From positions 2,912,001 to 2,976,000 of the forward strand of contig OZ245046.1 in NCBI GenBank assembly GCA_965224245.1: DNA of 64,000 nucleotides. The letters are read 5' to 3'. The translations under genes and the position numbers were made by a program. Under the pieces are notes generated by a model. The model was not told the DNA's origin, searched no databases, and saw nothing but the letters and a program-made list of their open reading frames with translations. How positions within the stretch are numbered: position 1 is the stretch's first letter; every line of letters begins with the position of its first letter. The DNA is from Candidatus Eiseniibacteriota bacterium. Lineage in GTDB: Bacteria > Eisenbacteria > RBG-16-71-46 > CAZAMP01. Below are positions 60,987 to 64,000 of the stretch, piece by piece.

Positions 60987-62390
60987 ATGCGAACGCGTCG
61001 TTGTGCTCGTACCGCCGGCGCCGCCACCTCGTGCGCGGTCGTCGCGCTCTCGATCGGTCTCGTGCTCGTGTCCGGATGCGCGCGCTACCGCGCCTCCTCG
61101 CCCGGACTCGTCGCGCTGGATTCCCTGACCCCCGATTCCTCGATCGCCGTCACCGGCGATCCGCCCTTCACGATCTTCGCGCTGGGCGACTGGGGAACCG
61201 GTGACGATCACCAGCGCGCGGTGGCCTCCGCCCTCGCGGCCGAGGTGGCCGAGCTACCGTCGTGGGCTCGCCCGCCGGTCGTGCTCGAGCTGGGCGACAA
61301 CGTCTACGAGCACGGGCTCCCCCGGGGACGCCCCTGGAACGCGCCGGAAACGCGCGCGCTCCTCGACCGCACGTTCGGCGACGTCTACGGCGACGTGCGC
61401 TTTCACGGCGAGCCGGTACGGTTCGGCGTCGTGGCCGGCAACCACGATCACGGGCGCATGTTTCCCGTCCGGGAGAAGGACGACTGGGGCGACGTCGTCC
61501 CACACGAGACGCTGGCCGAGAGCCTGTGGGTCAACTACCGGCACTACCCGCTTCCGCACGCGCGGGTGGGCCTGTCGGACTCGAACGACCGCGCCGAGTT
61601 CGAGGCGCTGTCCGATCCGTCGGTGCGATTGACCGACCTGATGCTGCCCGAGCGGATCGACGTCGGGGACGATCGCGTGTGCGTGATCGCGCTGGACACG
61701 CAGCTGATCCTGAACCTCTACGAGCAGGCGGGGCCGCCCCGGCGCGAGGTCCCCGCGGCCGAGCGGCACTGGGCCGAGCTGGCGCGTCTCCTCGACGAGC
61801 GGTGGCGAGGCGACCCCGGGAGCCGGGCGGCATGGACGATCGTGATCGGCCACCATCCGGTTCGCACGTACGGCTGGCACGGCGGCCTCTCCGGCCCCAA
61901 GCAGTGGCTCTGGAGCGGTGCGCGCGACTCCTTGCCGTGGTACCTGCGCGTGCTGCCGCCGGTGCTGTGGGCCGTGGTCACGAACGTGTACGACGTGTGC
62001 GTGGACGATCTCCAGGACCTGGATCACGGGGCCAATCGCGCGTTCCGAGAGCGGCTCCACCGGATCCTGGTCGAGCACGACGTGGACGTGTACGCGTCGG
62101 GGCACGATCACAACCTCCAGCTCGTGCACCTCGGGACGCCCGACGACCGCGTCGAGGACGGACGTCTCCTGCAGATCGTCTCGGGCTCGGCGTCCAAGCT
62201 GGAGCCGATCGCCCGGGGTGGCGACGAGCTCCTGTTCTCGAGCTCGTCGTTCGGATACGTCCGGCTGGACGTCTCGCGGGCCGCGCTGGGGATCACCGTC
62301 GTGGGGGTCGACACCGGGACGTTCCGGGATCGCGGCTCGGTGCACGGGACCACGCTCGCGTCGTATCGACTCCAGCGCACGCCGTCCTAG
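60987..62390 (+). CDS. Metallophosphoesterase (calcineurin-like), probable lipoprotein
   Basis: GDWG, GDNVY, GNHD, GHHP, SGHDH; lipobox VSGC. Confidence 0.88.
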   Translation: MRTRRCARTAGAATSCAVVALSIGLVLVSGCARYRASSPGLVALDSLTPDSSIAVTGDPPFTIFALGDWGTGDDHQRAVASALAAEVAELPSWARPPVVLELGDNVYEHGLPRGRPWNAPETRALLDRTFGDVYGDVRFHGEPVRFGVVAGNHDHGRMFPVREKDDWGDVVPHETLAESLWVNYRHYPLPHARVGLSDSNDRAEFEALSDPSVRLTDLMLPERIDVGDDRVCVIALDTQLILNLYEQAGPPRREVPAAERHWAELARLLDERWRGDPGSRAAWTIVIGHHPVRTYGWHGGLSGPKQWLWSGARDSLPWYLRVLPPVLWAVVTNVYDVCVDDLQDLDHGANRAFRERLHRILVEHDVDVYASGHDHNLQLVHLGTPDDRVEDGRLLQIVSGSASKLEPIARGGDELLFSSSSFGYVRLDVSRAALGITVVGVDTGTFRDRGSVHGTTLASYRLQRTPS

Positions 62391-62396
62391 CGGTTC

Positions 62397-62428
62397 CGCG
62401 GGCGATCCCGCGGGCGATCCCGCGGGCG
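62397..62428 (+). repeat. 12-bp tandem repeat (ccgcgggcgatc) x~2.7 between convergent genes
   Basis: ccgcgggcgatc ccgcgggcgatc ccgcgggc. Confidence 0.75.
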
Positions 62429-62430
62429 CA

Positions 62431-63789
62431 TCAGGGCAACCGGGCCGCCCGCTTGCCCACGCGGCGCCGGAAGATGTCCTCGACTCGCCGCTTCTGACGC
62501 GCGCGTACCGGTCCGATCACCGCCAGGTAGCGATTGGCGGGACGGAACACGTCGGCCACCACGCGCTCGAGGTCGCCCATGTCGACCGCGAGGTAGCGCT
62601 CGGCCTCGCGGCGCGGGTCGGGCAGCTCGGCCGGCGAGTCCAGGGCCTCCACGCGGCCGAACCAGTCACAGATCTCCAGCGGGTTGTCCAGGAGGAAGTC
62701 GGCCGTCGCGCGCGACACGCAGCGCGCGCGCTCGAGCTCCTCCCCGGTGACCCCGGACTCCCGGATCTCGTCCAGCGTGTCGAACAGTGCGATCAGCGTG
62801 GGCTCGGTGTTCTGCTCGCCGCAGTACGTGGAGATCGTGATCGCGCCGACGTCACGGAACGTCTCGACGTCGGCCCGGACGTCGTACACGAGGCCACGCT
62901 CCTCGCGCACGCGCTGAAACAGCCGGCTCGCCGCGCCGCCGCCGAGGACGCCGGCCAGCACGGCCGACGCCGGATAGTCGGCGTGTCCCAGCGCGTACGA
63001 GCGCATGGCGACGCACAGGTCGACCTGGGTGCCGTCGAAGTAGCGCACGATGGACGCGGGGCGATCGTCGCGCGGATCGATCGGGCGGTACTCGCCGACG
63101 CGCGGGCCCGTCAGCCCGGCGAACACCTCGGCCACCCGCTCGACGGCCGCCTCGGTCTCGAGATCCCCGACCACGACCACCACGGTGTTGCCGGCGGTGT
63201 AGTAGTGCTCGTAGAAGTCGAGCACGCGCGCCCGATCGAACGACGAGAGGTTCCGGAACAGGACCCCCATGTCGACCTGCGCCAGCTCGTCGCCCCACAG
63301 GAGCTGGTAGGCCAGCTCGTGCAGGTTCACGTTGTCACCACGGGAGTCGGTGTACTGCCCCATCTCCTCGACGAGGATCGCGCGCTCGATCTCGACCTGC
63401 TCGTCGGTGAACGTGGGCTCCAGCAGGAGCTCGCCCAGGAGCCCGATACCGTCTCGCCAGTGGTCGCGATGCACGTCCACGATGTAGTCGGTCAGCTCCT
63501 GATGGACGCCGGCGTCCACGTAGCCGCCGAGCCGCTCCACCGCCCGCGAGAGGTCGATGGAGTCGGCATGGCGGCTGGATCCCCGAAACAGAAGATGCTC
63601 GAGGAAGTGGGCGAGCCCGAGCTCGGCCCGGGTCTCGTAGCGCGACCCGATCCGGAGGAACGCACCCAGGGCCACCGAGTGCACGTGCGGCCGGCGCACG
63701 ACGATCACGGTGAGCCCGGAGTCGAGCACGCGCCGGGTGACCTGGATCGCGCTCGCGTTCGGGTCGGGCCCGCCGGTGTCGACCGTCAT
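62431..63789 (-). CDS. M16 (pitrilysin) family zinc peptidase
   Basis: GSRYE, HFLEHLLF, SRLFQRVREERGLVY. Confidence 0.93.
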   Translation of the reverse strand: MTVDTGGPDPNASAIQVTRRVLDSGLTVIVVRRPHVHSVALGAFLRIGSRYETRAELGLAHFLEHLLFRGSSRHADSIDLSRAVERLGGYVDAGVHQELTDYIVDVHRDHWRDGIGLLGELLLEPTFTDEQVEIERAILVEEMGQYTDSRGDNVNLHELAYQLLWGDELAQVDMGVLFRNLSSFDRARVLDFYEHYYTAGNTVVVVVGDLETEAAVERVAEVFAGLTGPRVGEYRPIDPRDDRPASIVRYFDGTQVDLCVAMRSYALGHADYPASAVLAGVLGGGAASRLFQRVREERGLVYDVRADVETFRDVGAITISTYCGEQNTEPTLIALFDTLDEIRESGVTGEELERARCVSRATADFLLDNPLEICDWFGRVEALDSPAELPDPRREAERYLAVDMGDLERVVADVFRPANRYLAVIGPVRARQKRRVEDIFRRRVGKRAARLP

Positions 63790-64000
63790 CCCGTCGCGGT
63801 CGGCGCCGGCGACAGGATCGCCGTGACCGAGCGTTTCAGATCGAGCGTCTCCGCCGCCGCGGCCACGACCTGCTCCACGGTGACCGCCCGGATCCGGTCC
63901 GGATAGGCCAGGACGTTCGCATGTCCGAGCCCCAGCGCGTCGGCCCGGGCGAACGCGGCGGCCTGACTGCCGCTGCGCTGGAGACCGATCAGGTGCGCGC
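63786..64000 (-). CDS. M16 family peptidase, C-terminal end (partial)
   Basis: Hand translation ...YPDRIRAVTVEQVVAAAAETL...; stop overlaps the next ATG. Confidence 0.7.
   Translation of the reverse strand, partial: AHLIGLQRSGSQAAAFARADALGLGHANVLAYPDRIRAVTVEQVVAAAAETLDLKRSVTAILSPAPTATG

Overview
High-GC bacterial chromosome segment. Several secreted proteins end in an FlgD/Ig-like C-terminal domain or a short 'S/T-W-x-x-I-K' tail, which tentatively suggests an FCB-related candidate phylum such as Eisenbacteria, Krumholzibacteria or Latescibacteria. The left arm (1-25.3 kb) holds an ABC transporter, secreted beta-propeller proteins, a VIT/vWA plus two-component operon, a kinase-STAND-TPR protein and a pirin. 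It also holds a membrane-anchored Clp-type AAA+ protein (4838-8365) whose C-terminus resembles peptide release factor RF2 with the catalytic GGQ domain removed. The centre (~25.4-52.4 kb) is an array of about 40 short, co-oriented minus-strand genes: GNATs, methyltransferases, VOC proteins, four toxin-antitoxin pairs and hypotheticals. They are separated by integron attC sites, with no integrase or attI in the window (a CALIN). The attC sites are near-canonical at the clpB-proximal end and decay progressively towards the distal end. The array starts at an unusually long, branched attC-like site 28 bp after the clpB stop codon. The right arm (52.4-64 kb) holds clpB, a kinase-less HAMP/PAS-like protein, trkA/trkH, an NhaC-type antiporter, a metallophosphoesterase and two M16 peptidases. 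No rRNA, tRNA or CRISPR array was seen. All family calls are by eye; no searches were run.
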